From an uncultured virus (IMG/VR IMGVR_UViG_3300032007_004036) (Duplodnaviria > Heunggongvirae > Uroviricota > Caudoviricetes), in the IMG/VR virus record IMGVR_UViG_3300032007_004036: a stretch of DNA of 20,000 nucleotides. One strand, 5' to 3'. The notes under the pieces were generated by a model. That model was not told the DNA's origin, ran no database searches, and was given only the letters and a program-made list of their open reading frames with translations. Positions 1 to 8,715 of this stretch are shown here, one piece after another (positions within the stretch are counted from its first letter, which is position 1; each line of letters starts with the position of its first letter). The position numbers and the translations under genes are program-made.

Positions 1-1
1 G

Positions 2-298
2 GAAGATTACTACGTAGAAGGCAAATCATATTATGAGCGATGTTTCGATGTCTTTGAAAGAGAATATATTCTGAAGACGAAGCATTTATCGAATTATAGA
101 ATTAAGGAGACTGGGTGGCTTTCTGCGGAAGAGCTCGAAAAGCTTTCCGATTATATCTGGCGCAGGCATTATGAAGATTCCGATAGTGAACATGATAATG
201 ATAAAACGCAAAACCACAGCAAAGTTCACTATAAACGTGTCAGAAGTCAGCTAAAAAAATACTGCGACTTTCTTTATGTAGAAACACACGTAATATGA
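2..298 (+). CDS. 3' end of hypothetical protein (partial, runs off window)
   Basis: Frame 2 is open from the window edge (EDYYVEGKSYYER...YCDFLYVETHVI) to TGA at 296-298, followed by a hairpin. It is not in the ORF track. Confidence 0.65.
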   Translation, partial: EDYYVEGKSYYERCFDVFEREYILKTKHLSNYRIKETGWLSAEELEKLSDYIWRRHYEDSDSEHDNDKTQNHSKVHYKRVRSQLKKYCDFLYVETHVI

Positions 299-309
299 TA
301 CTATAATAA

Positions 310-492
310 TCATAAAGAACGGCTTCCTTTACGGGAAGCCGTTGCTGTTATAATTGCTTTTATTTTCACATGTATATGCGAGAGGATACTCCCAGCCACA
401 TGAAAGCACAGTTTCTCATAGCTCTGCTTCATTTCAGAGACAGCTCGTTCGTCCCTGTTCCATAGTAATTCAATGATCGATGCATCGTTCAA
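310..492 (-). pseudogene. Truncated ECF-type sigma-70 factor (N-terminal ~40 aa only)
   Basis: MNDASIIELLWNRDERAVSEMKQSYEKLCFHVAGSILS resembles the N-terminus of clostridial ECF sigma factors, but the expected DAEE region-2 motif is replaced by unrelated sequence. TTG start with AGAAAGGAGG RBS. Confidence 0.75.
318..343. terminator. Hairpin, probable intrinsic (possibly bidirectional) terminator
   Basis: AACGGCTTCC (318-327), 6-nt loop, GGAAGCCGTT (334-343), located between convergent ORFs. Confidence 0.65.
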
Positions 493-567
493 GGCTCAAC
501 CTCCTTTCTGACTATATATACAACTTTTTTTCGTTTACATTTCACTTTTTCAAAAATTATTTTTTCT

Positions 568-596
568 ATTATACCACTTTGCAGCAGCATTTACAA
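568..596 (-). promoter_or_regulatory. Sigma-A-like promoter for the sigma remnant
   Basis: Minus strand TTGTAA (596-591), 17 bp, TATAAT (573-568), with extended TG. Confidence 0.6.
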
Positions 597-764
597 TTGA
601 TATCGACCGCGGTGAAAAACTACCGTCCCGAAAATGTAACACCGCTGTCACAGCACAAACCCGAAAAAGCGTTCCCTGCATTACTTATCTTGAAATTTCG
701 GGGCTGCTGCAATGGCATTATAAGTGAAATTGAACAAAAATTATTTTGGAATATGTCGATTATA

Positions 765-793
765 TTGACTTTTATCCGCAGCATTGCTATAAT
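765..793 (+). promoter_or_regulatory. Sigma-A-like promoter of dockerin gene
   Basis: TTGACT (765-770), 17 bp, TATAAT (788-793), with extended TG at 785-786. Confidence 0.75.
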
Positions 794-860
794 TTTCCTT
801 GGCGGCTGTAAATGCTCTCCTATATCAGGGAAAGCACCCGCCAAAAGGAGGCTTTTTGAA

Positions 861-3800
861 ATGTGGAAGAATACTCACAAAAAACTTAGCTCAAGGGCGC
901 TGTCAGCACTTGCTGCTTCTGCTGTTGCAGGCAGTCAGTTCCTTGCTGCTATGCCGTACAGCGCTGTGGCAGCAGAAGCCGAGATCACCGATGCAGTCAG
1001 ATACGGCGATGCTAACGGCGACGGTGTTATAGACGCTGAGGACGCTGCTGCTATTGAAAAGTACGCAAGAACTTACGATGACGATTCTTTGGATCTTGAT
1101 GCAGCAGACGTTGATCTTGACAGTAACGTTACCCTGCGCGATGCTGAGATAATATATCAGTATTTCAGCGGTCAGGACGTAAAACAGCTCCCGTATAACG
1201 GCTATGTCAATTGGCAGAAGTACCCCGACCCATTGAAATATGAGGTCATAAACGAGGGTATGACTTGGACGGAAGCTGAGGCTTACTGCGAGAACAAGGG
1301 CGGTCACCTCGCTGTTATCACCTCAGAGGAGGAGCAGGCTCAGGTCGAAGCTCTTATTAATCAGCAGTGGGCTCCGTATATCAGAAACAACTACTGGATA
1401 GGTCTGAAAAGAGACAGCAATAATAATTTCGGCTGGGTAACGGGCGAGAAGCTCTCCTACACGAACTGGTGTTCGGATTCCCCGAACAATTCGGACGGAA
1501 GCCAGAATTCAGGCTATCTGTACGGTAATTACTATGAGCCCGCCGACAGGCATATCGGAAAATGGGACGACCTGAACGAAAACGGCGTCTGGAAAAATGA
1601 CGATTTCTTCGGGCTCGACAACTACGGCTTTGTCTGCGAATACGGCGGAAATGCAGTCAAGGACTACCCCATCTGGACAGATGAGAACAGCTTCCCGACA
1701 TCGGGCTGTTACAAGCTCGGCTGCGATATCAAGTCGGGATATGTGACTGTGGACAAATATCTCGACATCGACCTCAACGGTCATTCAGTTGATGTTGAAT
1801 GGATAGACTGCGACGGCAGCGTCACTATCAGGGACACTTCTTCCAAAAAGAATGGTGAGATACATAATTCGGGCGCAGTCCCGATTTTTGACGTTCGCGG
1901 CAAGCTTACTGTTTACGGAGGAAACATAAACGGTAATGCAGAAAACAATAATGACGCTGTAATAAATGTAATAGGTTCGGGCTGCTTTGAAATGTACGGC
2001 GGAACTGTCACATCATACGGCAGCCCTGCGCTCTCACTCGCTGAAAGCAGCGGAACAGCGCTCCTTGCAGGCGGTACTCTCAAAAACACCGATAGCGGCA
2101 CAGAAACTTCTGTTGAAGACAGCGCGGCTGTATATGCCGATGAATCGTATTCGGGAACTCTCAATATCACAGGTTCGCAGATATCCTCCGAGACAGGTGC
2201 GGGCATCTTCTCCAAAGCCGATAAAGGCTGTATCAATATCAGCGGCGGTAAGATAACAAGCGATGAAAGCTACGGTATCTGCTGCACAGCGGGCATACCG
2301 ATAAACTTTGAAAAGAAGGTGTATATCGTCGGAAAGAACGGCGGCATCTACCTTCCCAAGGGCAAAAAGATAAACCTCACAGGCAAGATAAGCAGCATAA
2401 ACACAAGCGTCTATGCTGAGGATTCGGGCGTTATCACCGAGGGCTTCAAAGAACTCGGATACGGAAGCTCTGTCGTGCCGTATCTCAGCAGCGCAGGCGT
2501 CAACGGTACTATCTCGCTTGACGAGAGCGGAGAGCTCCGCATAGACATTGACGAGGACGTTCCTGCCGAAACAACAACTTCTGCAACAACCACTACAACT
2601 ACTTCAACATCAACCTCATCAACTACCACTACTACTTCTACAACTACCACGACCTCTGCAACAACAACTTCAACTACAACGTCAACAACCACAACTTCTA
2701 CAACTACTACAGCAGAAACTACCGCCGCAGCTACTACAACAAATACCGACCCTGTGCCTCCCGCTCCTCATAAGCTCGATATCGACGGCGAGATGACCGT
2801 AAAGGAAATGGACCTCGATGAGATAATCGCGGCAGGCATCGACCTCGGCGACGAGGAAAACTACCACGTCTTTAAATATGAGCTGAAAATGACTTTTGAT
2901 GCTCAGCCCGTCGTCATCACAAAATACGAGGTCGAGAGCGGTTCGTCGGGAAGTTCGGGCTCCGTCAGCGGAAGATACTGTTACGGCTCTCCGATAATTA
3001 CTGTTGGCGGTATGCCTGTAAGGGTCATCGGCTATCAGGAAACAGCTCACGAAGAGATGTACATGGTCATCAAGGGCGAGTGCAAATGGCTCAAGGAATT
3101 CTACGACGTACAGCTTATCGTGATAAACAAGGACGGTTCGGGCGAAAGCCTCACCGACTGCACTGCAACTCTGAACTCTCCCGAGGGTCTTACCCTTATG
3201 AACTGCGACAGAGTTCAGCACTTCGATAAGCTTGAAGCAGGCAGCCCTTATATGATACACTGGTATCTGCGCGGCGATGAAGCAGGAGACTATGACCTCA
3301 CAGCTCAGCTCAAAGGAAATAGCGGCGGCGAGGAGTACACCTACGATTTCAAGTCGAAGAACACTCTCCACGTCTACGCAGGAAATGCTCTCAAAATGAA
3401 GATAACCCTTCCGAGATATTCCTTCTACGATGAGGATTACCCCGTAAAAATAAGCTTCACCAACGTTTCCGACAAGCCCATTTACAACATCGAGCATACT
3501 ATTTTCGGCTTCACTCAGGATTCAAAGCTGACGATCAACAGATACAAAGACGGTAAGCTTGTAAGCACGGAGGAAAACTACGAAAACCTTCAGGACGTTA
3601 CACTCAACAAGAGCTGTTTTGTTGAAGAGCTTGACCCCGGCGATACGCTCGTTGCCGAGGTGACTATCCACGATATCTGGAATTCTATCCTCGAAAAGAA
3701 CATCAACGAAATGAAGAAAGCAGCTGACATGATAACACTTATGAGCTGCGCTTCAAGAGATGAATACGGTCTCGCTATCAATCTCTCGTCTACCATCTGC

Positions 3801-5297
3801 AAGTCCGTTCTTGACAGCATAGTTGTCGGACACGTTCTTGAATGTGTGGACGTTGCGACCCTCGAAGACTCTACGACAAAGATACCATACGAAGTCGAAG
3901 TGACCGATATATCCCCCGAACTTGCGGAAAAATATCAGTTCAAGCTTCTCCAGAACCTTGAAAGAGACCTGACAGGCTGGGTGCTCGACAAAGCAGGTGC
4001 GCCTGATGCCGCACAGTATATCTACAACTACGGCGTGTTCTATGAGGGCGTAAGCGATGCTGAGACTATAAAGGATCTGCAAGACCCATGCGTTCAGTAC
4101 GGATTATCTGTACTGCCCGACAACGGAGCATCTTCACTGCTCTACACTTTGAATGAGGAATACTACTGGAGAGTAAATCAGCCCGAGGGCGGCGGAGATG
4201 TCGTGTTCTATGTTGAAAAAGCCTCCTACCCCGTACAGGCTCTTTCTTCGGCAAACATCGGAAGTCGTATCAGCAGGGCTGCTGTGCCGTTTGCAGGAAA
4301 TGTCATGGCTCAGGGCACTGTATCGGGTGAGGACTTCGATATCGAAGTCGTAAGCGGAGACTACACCGTCGGCGAAGACGGAAAGATCACTCTCAAAAGC
4401 AATGCTGTCGTTAAGGTCACTCCAAAAAAGGCAGGCGTAAAGGCTGTTGTCTGCGCTGCTGCGGAAAACGGCGAGGAAATGCGCGTTCCCGTTGAGACAG
4501 TTGACGAGCATGAGTGCAAGGGAGATTTCTTTATCCTCAGTATACCGAATGAGGAAAACGGCGCTGTAAGGGCTTCTTTCTGCGATACCTGCAACGAGCT
4601 CCTCGACTGCAAACAGCTTTCCAAGAACGTTGTTGCTATGTTCAGCAACGGCGAGTGCTACGACGATATCAGAGGCGCTGCTGCTGACGCTGAAAAATAC
4701 GGCGAGGGTCTTAAACTCTACATCTTCGGTGATGTTAACGTCGCTGATGACGTAACTATCCCCGATGACCTCACGCTTGTTATCACTCCCTATACAAATA
4801 TCATCGTAAAAGACGGCTGCAAGCTCGTCGCTAAGGGCAAGGTCGAGGACTACAGCGGCAGAAATTATGACCTCAGCGGAAACGGCCCTGTTGACCCTGC
4901 GGCAACTACGACAACGACTGCCACAACTACTACCACCACAACTACTACCACAACTTCCACAACTGAAAGCACCACAACTTCTTCTTCCGAGACAACAACT
5001 TCTACAGCTTCTACGACTGCTACGACTTCAACATCAACGCCCGAGAAGTACAAGTTCGGCGACTCGAACGGTGACGGCAAAATAGACTCCAGTGACGCAT
5101 CGTTCGTTCTCGGAGTATACGCAATTCTTGCAACAGGCGGCAAGTCAGGTCTTACAGAGGAACAGATCAAGGCTGCCGACGTCAATAAAGACGGCAAGCT
5201 TGATGCGAAGGACGCTTCTGCTATTCTTTCGTACTACAGCTATACCTCTACCGGTGGCAAGGAAGACCTTGAGACCTTCCTAAAACAGAAAAACTGA
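861..5297 (+). CDS. Secreted double-dockerin protein with C-type lectin domain (1478 aa)
   Basis: AAAAGGAGG RBS before ATG 861 and a signal peptide (MWKNTHKK...AVAAE). N-terminal dockerin (GDANGDGVIDAEDA / ADVDLDSNVTLRDA). C-type lectin motifs (MTWTEAEAYC, GGHLAVI, YWIGL, YTNW, GKWDD, GFVCE). Beta-helix-like Gly/Ile repeats, two Thr linkers and a C-terminal dockerin (GDSNGDGKIDSSDAS / ADVNKDGKLDAKDAS). Confidence 0.9.
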   Translation: MWKNTHKKLSSRALSALAASAVAGSQFLAAMPYSAVAAEAEITDAVRYGDANGDGVIDAEDAAAIEKYARTYDDDSLDLDAADVDLDSNVTLRDAEIIYQYFSGQDVKQLPYNGYVNWQKYPDPLKYEVINEGMTWTEAEAYCENKGGHLAVITSEEEQAQVEALINQQWAPYIRNNYWIGLKRDSNNNFGWVTGEKLSYTNWCSDSPNNSDGSQNSGYLYGNYYEPADRHIGKWDDLNENGVWKNDDFFGLDNYGFVCEYGGNAVKDYPIWTDENSFPTSGCYKLGCDIKSGYVTVDKYLDIDLNGHSVDVEWIDCDGSVTIRDTSSKKNGEIHNSGAVPIFDVRGKLTVYGGNINGNAENNNDAVINVIGSGCFEMYGGTVTSYGSPALSLAESSGTALLAGGTLKNTDSGTETSVEDSAAVYADESYSGTLNITGSQISSETGAGIFSKADKGCINISGGKITSDESYGICCTAGIPINFEKKVYIVGKNGGIYLPKGKKINLTGKISSINTSVYAEDSGVITEGFKELGYGSSVVPYLSSAGVNGTISLDESGELRIDIDEDVPAETTTSATTTTTTSTSTSSTTTTTSTTTTTSATTTSTTTSTTTTSTTTTAETTAAATTTNTDPVPPAPHKLDIDGEMTVKEMDLDEIIAAGIDLGDEENYHVFKYELKMTFDAQPVVITKYEVESGSSGSSGSVSGRYCYGSPIITVGGMPVRVIGYQETAHEEMYMVIKGECKWLKEFYDVQLIVINKDGSGESLTDCTATLNSPEGLTLMNCDRVQHFDKLEAGSPYMIHWYLRGDEAGDYDLTAQLKGNSGGEEYTYDFKSKNTLHVYAGNALKMKITLPRYSFYDEDYPVKISFTNVSDKPIYNIEHTIFGFTQDSKLTINRYKDGKLVSTEENYENLQDVTLNKSCFVEELDPGDTLVAEVTIHDIWNSILEKNINEMKKAADMITLMSCASRDEYGLAINLSSTICKSVLDSIVVGHVLECVDVATLEDSTTKIPYEVEVTDISPELAEKYQFKLLQNLERDLTGWVLDKAGAPDAAQYIYNYGVFYEGVSDAETIKDLQDPCVQYGLSVLPDNGASSLLYTLNEEYYWRVNQPEGGGDVVFYVEKASYPVQALSSANIGSRISRAAVPFAGNVMAQGTVSGEDFDIEVVSGDYTVGEDGKITLKSNAVVKVTPKKAGVKAVVCAAAENGEEMRVPVETVDEHECKGDFFILSIPNEENGAVRASFCDTCNELLDCKQLSKNVVAMFSNGECYDDIRGAAADAEKYGEGLKLYIFGDVNVADDVTIPDDLTLVITPYTNIIVKDGCKLVAKGKVEDYSGRNYDLSGNGPVDPAATTTTTATTTTTTTTTTTSTTESTTTSSSETTTSTASTTATTSTSTPEKYKFGDSNGDGKIDSSDASFVLGVYAILATGGKSGLTEEQIKAADVNKDGKLDAKDASAILSYYSYTSTGGKEDLETFLKQKN
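2571..2746 (+). repeat. Thr/Ser-rich low-complexity linker 1 (ACN codon run)
   Basis: TTTSATTTTTTSTSTSS...; typical glycosylated linker of cellulosome-associated proteins. Confidence 0.85.
4905..5040 (+). repeat. Thr/Ser-rich low-complexity linker 2
   Basis: TTTTTATTTTTTTTTTTSTTES... directly before the C-terminal dockerin. Confidence 0.85.
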
Positions 5298-5309
5298 TCA
5301 TACATAAGA

Positions 5310-5334
5310 AATGCCCGACATTACGTCGGGCATT
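5310..5334. terminator. Hairpin terminator between convergent genes
   Basis: AATGCCCGAC (5310-5319), ATTAC loop, GTCGGGCATT (5325-5334). Confidence 0.75.
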
Positions 5335-5340
5335 AAATGA

Positions 5341-6936
5341 TTAGCGCTGTATTCCCATTATATCATAAATTGAGTATTGACCATTACGTGTCAATTCGAG
5401 CCAATCGCGCTTCATAGATTCTACATTGGTGGTCATTGACTTCATGAAGCCTTTCATAGAATTGTTCCCTCTGAGCTTATCCTCGTAGCACTTGGCATTT
5501 TGGCATTTATTATCAAAGTCTGTCAGTAGTCTGTTATAGCCATTAACAAACTTCTCAATAAGATTTGGGTGCATTTGGATACGTTTTATCTTTTCTATAT
5601 TTTCAACGATATCTCGTCTGAAGATAAAATCATTACGGGTTTTGTAGAGAATATCCTTATTTTGTTCGATAGCTTTTCGATTTGCCTCTGCATATTCTCT
5701 TGAAGTAAAAACGACTCCCATTATAGTACGATATTCAATATCATATTTATTGAGCTTATCATCAATTTGTTTATACAGAACAAGTGCGTTATTCTGTGAT
5801 AATGAATACTCTTTTACAAATTCTTCTGTTTCTATGCGAAGTTTTTTTGCAGCTTCTTCATTTGTCCCTATATTCTTAGAGATGTAATCTTTGAAAATAG
5901 CAACACATCTTTCTTGAATAAACTGTTCTGCCTCTTGCTTGCATTTTTCAGGAAAGCCAAGTTCAGCAATAACATCATTCAAAAGCTTTCGGCAGCTTTT
6001 TACATCATCAGGTGTAGTACCTATATTGGCTATAGCGACTTTTTTTACGATCTCTGACAATTCATCAGTCAGATCAACTCCCATATAGTTGGCTATAGCG
6101 ATTATTTCTTTGGAATTCTTTAAGTATTTTTTGATGAATGCGATATAGTATTCAGATTGATATGGGTCGAGTGTCAGAATGTTTAATGATAATTCCTTAT
6201 TCTTTTCTTCAGTTAATTGCATAGTATTGATATTATTGAATATAGCTCTTGCTTTTTGTTTCTCTTCAGTAGTGATGGCGTCATTGATTTTGAATGTATT
6301 AATCATTATAATACCAATACTCTGAGCAGATTCACGAACACCATTAATTATTTTTTGTTTATATTCAGAATTGTTGGAAAACGCTGCTATTTCGTTTGTG
6401 AATTGAGAAGAGGCTTTAGAAATTGCGGCGGCGGCTGTAGCAGTTCCAGCGCCAATGAGAGCAAGACCTAAAAGACCTCCGCCTATACCACTGGCATTAG
6501 TTCGCCAGTCAGTTTTTCGATCAATATTTGAAATCGTAGCATTTCTTTTCTGAATTATCGAATTATATGCATTAGAGTATTCTCTAATAGCTGAATTAGC
6601 TTTATCATAACACTTCTTCTGCTCACAAATCTTTTTAACAGTGGCTTCATCTAAAGTATAACAGTCGACAGAAACAGCATCTTTGACAATTTCTTTGAAG
6701 ATATCATCGTAAGAAGCGGCTACATCTGACCCAAAATTATTGATTATGCTTTCAACGTTTTGATGTTTGCGTATCTTATCTGCATATTTATTAGAAGCGA
6801 TAAGTGCAAGTTCATTATATTTCTTCTTTACCTGAGAATAAACTCGACGCTTAGTAGGAATTATAAGAGTATTTCCAAGGAAGGGAAATTCAATATTATT
6901 TTGATTCTCAGAAATTATTTCATTTAAGCTTTTCAT
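5341..6936 (-). CDS. Hypothetical all-helical protein with single Gly/Ala-rich hydrophobic segment (531 aa)
   Basis: Long ORF with GAAAGGAG RBS. The segment GIGGGLLGLALIGAGTATAAAAIS is flanked by coiled-coil-like sequence, and there is a TPR-like LDPY motif. No signal peptide. Confidence 0.8.
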   Translation of the reverse strand: MKSLNEIISENQNNIEFPFLGNTLIIPTKRRVYSQVKKKYNELALIASNKYADKIRKHQNVESIINNFGSDVAASYDDIFKEIVKDAVSVDCYTLDEATVKKICEQKKCYDKANSAIREYSNAYNSIIQKRNATISNIDRKTDWRTNASGIGGGLLGLALIGAGTATAAAAISKASSQFTNEIAAFSNNSEYKQKIINGVRESAQSIGIIMINTFKINDAITTEEKQKARAIFNNINTMQLTEEKNKELSLNILTLDPYQSEYYIAFIKKYLKNSKEIIAIANYMGVDLTDELSEIVKKVAIANIGTTPDDVKSCRKLLNDVIAELGFPEKCKQEAEQFIQERCVAIFKDYISKNIGTNEEAAKKLRIETEEFVKEYSLSQNNALVLYKQIDDKLNKYDIEYRTIMGVVFTSREYAEANRKAIEQNKDILYKTRNDFIFRRDIVENIEKIKRIQMHPNLIEKFVNGYNRLLTDFDNKCQNAKCYEDKLRGNNSMKGFMKSMTTNVESMKRDWLELTRNGQYSIYDIMGIQR

Positions 6937-6963
6937 TTTTTCTCCTTTCAGGGTTCAAGACCA

Positions 6964-7083
6964 TTAATCATTAAAAGAGACGAATTGTTTGCTGACGTAT
7001 CCATAATAATCAATATCGCCTTTCGCTGCCATTACAAAAACTGACCATTTATCGTTCTTCAAGATGGGATTTAAGTGTTTTTT
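6964..7083 (-). pseudogene. Remnant C-terminal half of an SH3b-like domain
   Basis: Reads KKHLNPILKNDKWSVFVMAAKGDIDYYGYVSKQFVSFND*, which parallels TNNEWCYIR...IYGYVSSKYISISE* at the end of the 11448-12536 protein. Confidence 0.55.
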
Positions 7084-8685
7084 TCAAAGATTTGTTTTCT
7101 TAGCACCACAGTTATTACAGAAATTACCAATAATATTAGTATTACCGCAGGAACAATCCCATGTAGCAGATGCTTCCGGCTTTTTAGCTCCGCACATATT
7201 GCAGAAATTGCCAATGACTCCCTTGTTGCCGCATGAGCAGTCCCATGTCTGCGGAGGCTCGGGCTTTTTGCTTCCACAGTTATTGCAGAATAATCCCGTA
7301 GCATTATTTCCACAGCTGCACTGCCATGAATTAGATGACGGCTGCGGAGCAGGTGAGCTTTCAGAGAATGTATTGGGCTGAATTCTACCAAACATATTTC
7401 CAAACTGTGGTGCAATATTCTGTGCAGCCGCAAGACCTAATCCCATACCAAGCATATCACCCATTACTCCTCCGCCTGAACCATTAATTGTCATATTACC
7501 TATGCCCTCAGCGTATGCTTTTTGAACTTCAGCCTGCAAAACATCTTTCTGATTATAACCCTTAGCATGCATTATCTCTGCTTCTGTGAGACCATGCAAA
7601 CGCTGAGCCTGAGCCTCCGCTTGAGCTTCAATTATTCGGCGTTCAGCTTCACGTTTAGCTATCTCCGTTTCAGTGAGCTGACGCTGTAACTCGGCATCGC
7701 GTTTAGCAGCTTCGATTGCCGCCTTGCTTTTTTCCTGTTCAGTTCGATAAAGAGTCTCTGATTGCGCTTGAGCCACTTTTACATCGGCCTCAGCCTGCAA
7801 GACTTTTTGCTGTAATGTAACGGTATGCAGTTCTCGTATACGTCTAAAATTAGGATCAGCTTCTGGGAGTATAATGCTTGTAACATAAAACTGAGGGATT
7901 GTCAGGCCATATTCCTCGAATCCGGGGAGTATTTTTTCTCTCAGATTTGATGATATCAAGTCAAGCTTTTCGTCTATTTCAAGGAGGTCTATGTTATTCT
8001 GTTTGATGACAGATGTCAGATTCGTCTTGACTGCATTTGATATAAGCGGACGGAATGCGAGCTGAAGTGACTTTGCAAATCCATTTCCAGTATCGTTCCA
8101 AGCAATTCCTGTCATCGTTCCTACTACATTCAAAAGCAGCTTTTCAGGATCGCTGACAGCAAGGTTCATCTCGCCGCAGGCACCAATTTCAAGCGGCGTT
8201 GAAGTCAGTGGATCAATAAAACGAACCTTGTCCGGTGTTCCCCATTTAACGCCCATCTGAACGGTTTTATTAATAAAATATACTTCACAGGAGAAAATCG
8301 TATCCGAATTGATAGCATGTGCAATCAACTTTCTCAGCAGTGGGATATTCTGAGTGATTAGAGTATGGCTTCCGGCAGTGAAACGATCGCACATCTGACC
8401 GTTTTTGAAAAATACTGCTTCCTGTGATTCGTGAACAATCAACTGAGAACCAATGTTGAAGTTTTCAAGCGGATGTTTCCAGATAAATGTATTATTGTCG
8501 CCTTCATACTTTATGACAGAGATAAGTCCCTTATTGCTTTCCTCATACATTGCAACAGCCTTTGCAACGTCAATGACCGAATTACACATAGGACATACAT
8601 ATCTATCCGGAAGCGATGTAAATAAACCATCGGCAAGTTTAGTCATTCTGCCGCAGGTCGGGCATTTTATAGTATGTTTGCTCAT
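7084..8685 (-). CDS. SPFH/Band-7 (YdjI-like) protein with N-terminal Zn ribbon, coiled coil and three C-terminal Zn ribbons
   Basis: N-terminal CPTC..CPMC. SPFH motifs GSQLIVHESQEAVFFKNG, EVYFIN and KWGTP. AEA-rich coil and GMGLGLAAA segment. Three WxCxCG...FCNxCG units at ~81-84 bp period (7087-7326). GAAAGGTGG RBS. Confidence 0.88.
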   Translation of the reverse strand: MSKHTIKCPTCGRMTKLADGLFTSLPDRYVCPMCNSVIDVAKAVAMYEESNKGLISVIKYEGDNNTFIWKHPLENFNIGSQLIVHESQEAVFFKNGQMCDRFTAGSHTLITQNIPLLRKLIAHAINSDTIFSCEVYFINKTVQMGVKWGTPDKVRFIDPLTSTPLEIGACGEMNLAVSDPEKLLLNVVGTMTGIAWNDTGNGFAKSLQLAFRPLISNAVKTNLTSVIKQNNIDLLEIDEKLDLISSNLREKILPGFEEYGLTIPQFYVTSIILPEADPNFRRIRELHTVTLQQKVLQAEADVKVAQAQSETLYRTEQEKSKAAIEAAKRDAELQRQLTETEIAKREAERRIIEAQAEAQAQRLHGLTEAEIMHAKGYNQKDVLQAEVQKAYAEGIGNMTINGSGGGVMGDMLGMGLGLAAAQNIAPQFGNMFGRIQPNTFSESSPAPQPSSNSWQCSCGNNATGLFCNNCGSKKPEPPQTWDCSCGNKGVIGNFCNMCGAKKPEASATWDCSCGNTNIIGNFCNNCGAKKTNL

Positions 8686-8715
8686 TTATTTATCCACCTT
8701 TCCAAAGAGGTTTTT

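Noticed and set aside
480..860. 127-aa N-terminal extension of the dockerin ORF in the track
   Set aside because: The region contains promoters and low-complexity translation; the RBS and signal peptide place the start at 861.
1240..1645. C-type lectin as a diversity-generating retroelement target
   Set aside because: No reverse transcriptase or template/variable repeat pair is visible, and the domain is internal.
2411..5197. Val-rich and Gln/Leu-rich short ORFs and other antisense ORFs within the dockerin gene
   Set aside because: Alternate-frame readings of Thr linkers and codon-biased sequence.
7064..7433. ORFs 7064-7381 (+) and 7071-7433 (-)
   Set aside because: Shadow frames of the three SPFH Zn-ribbon repeats.
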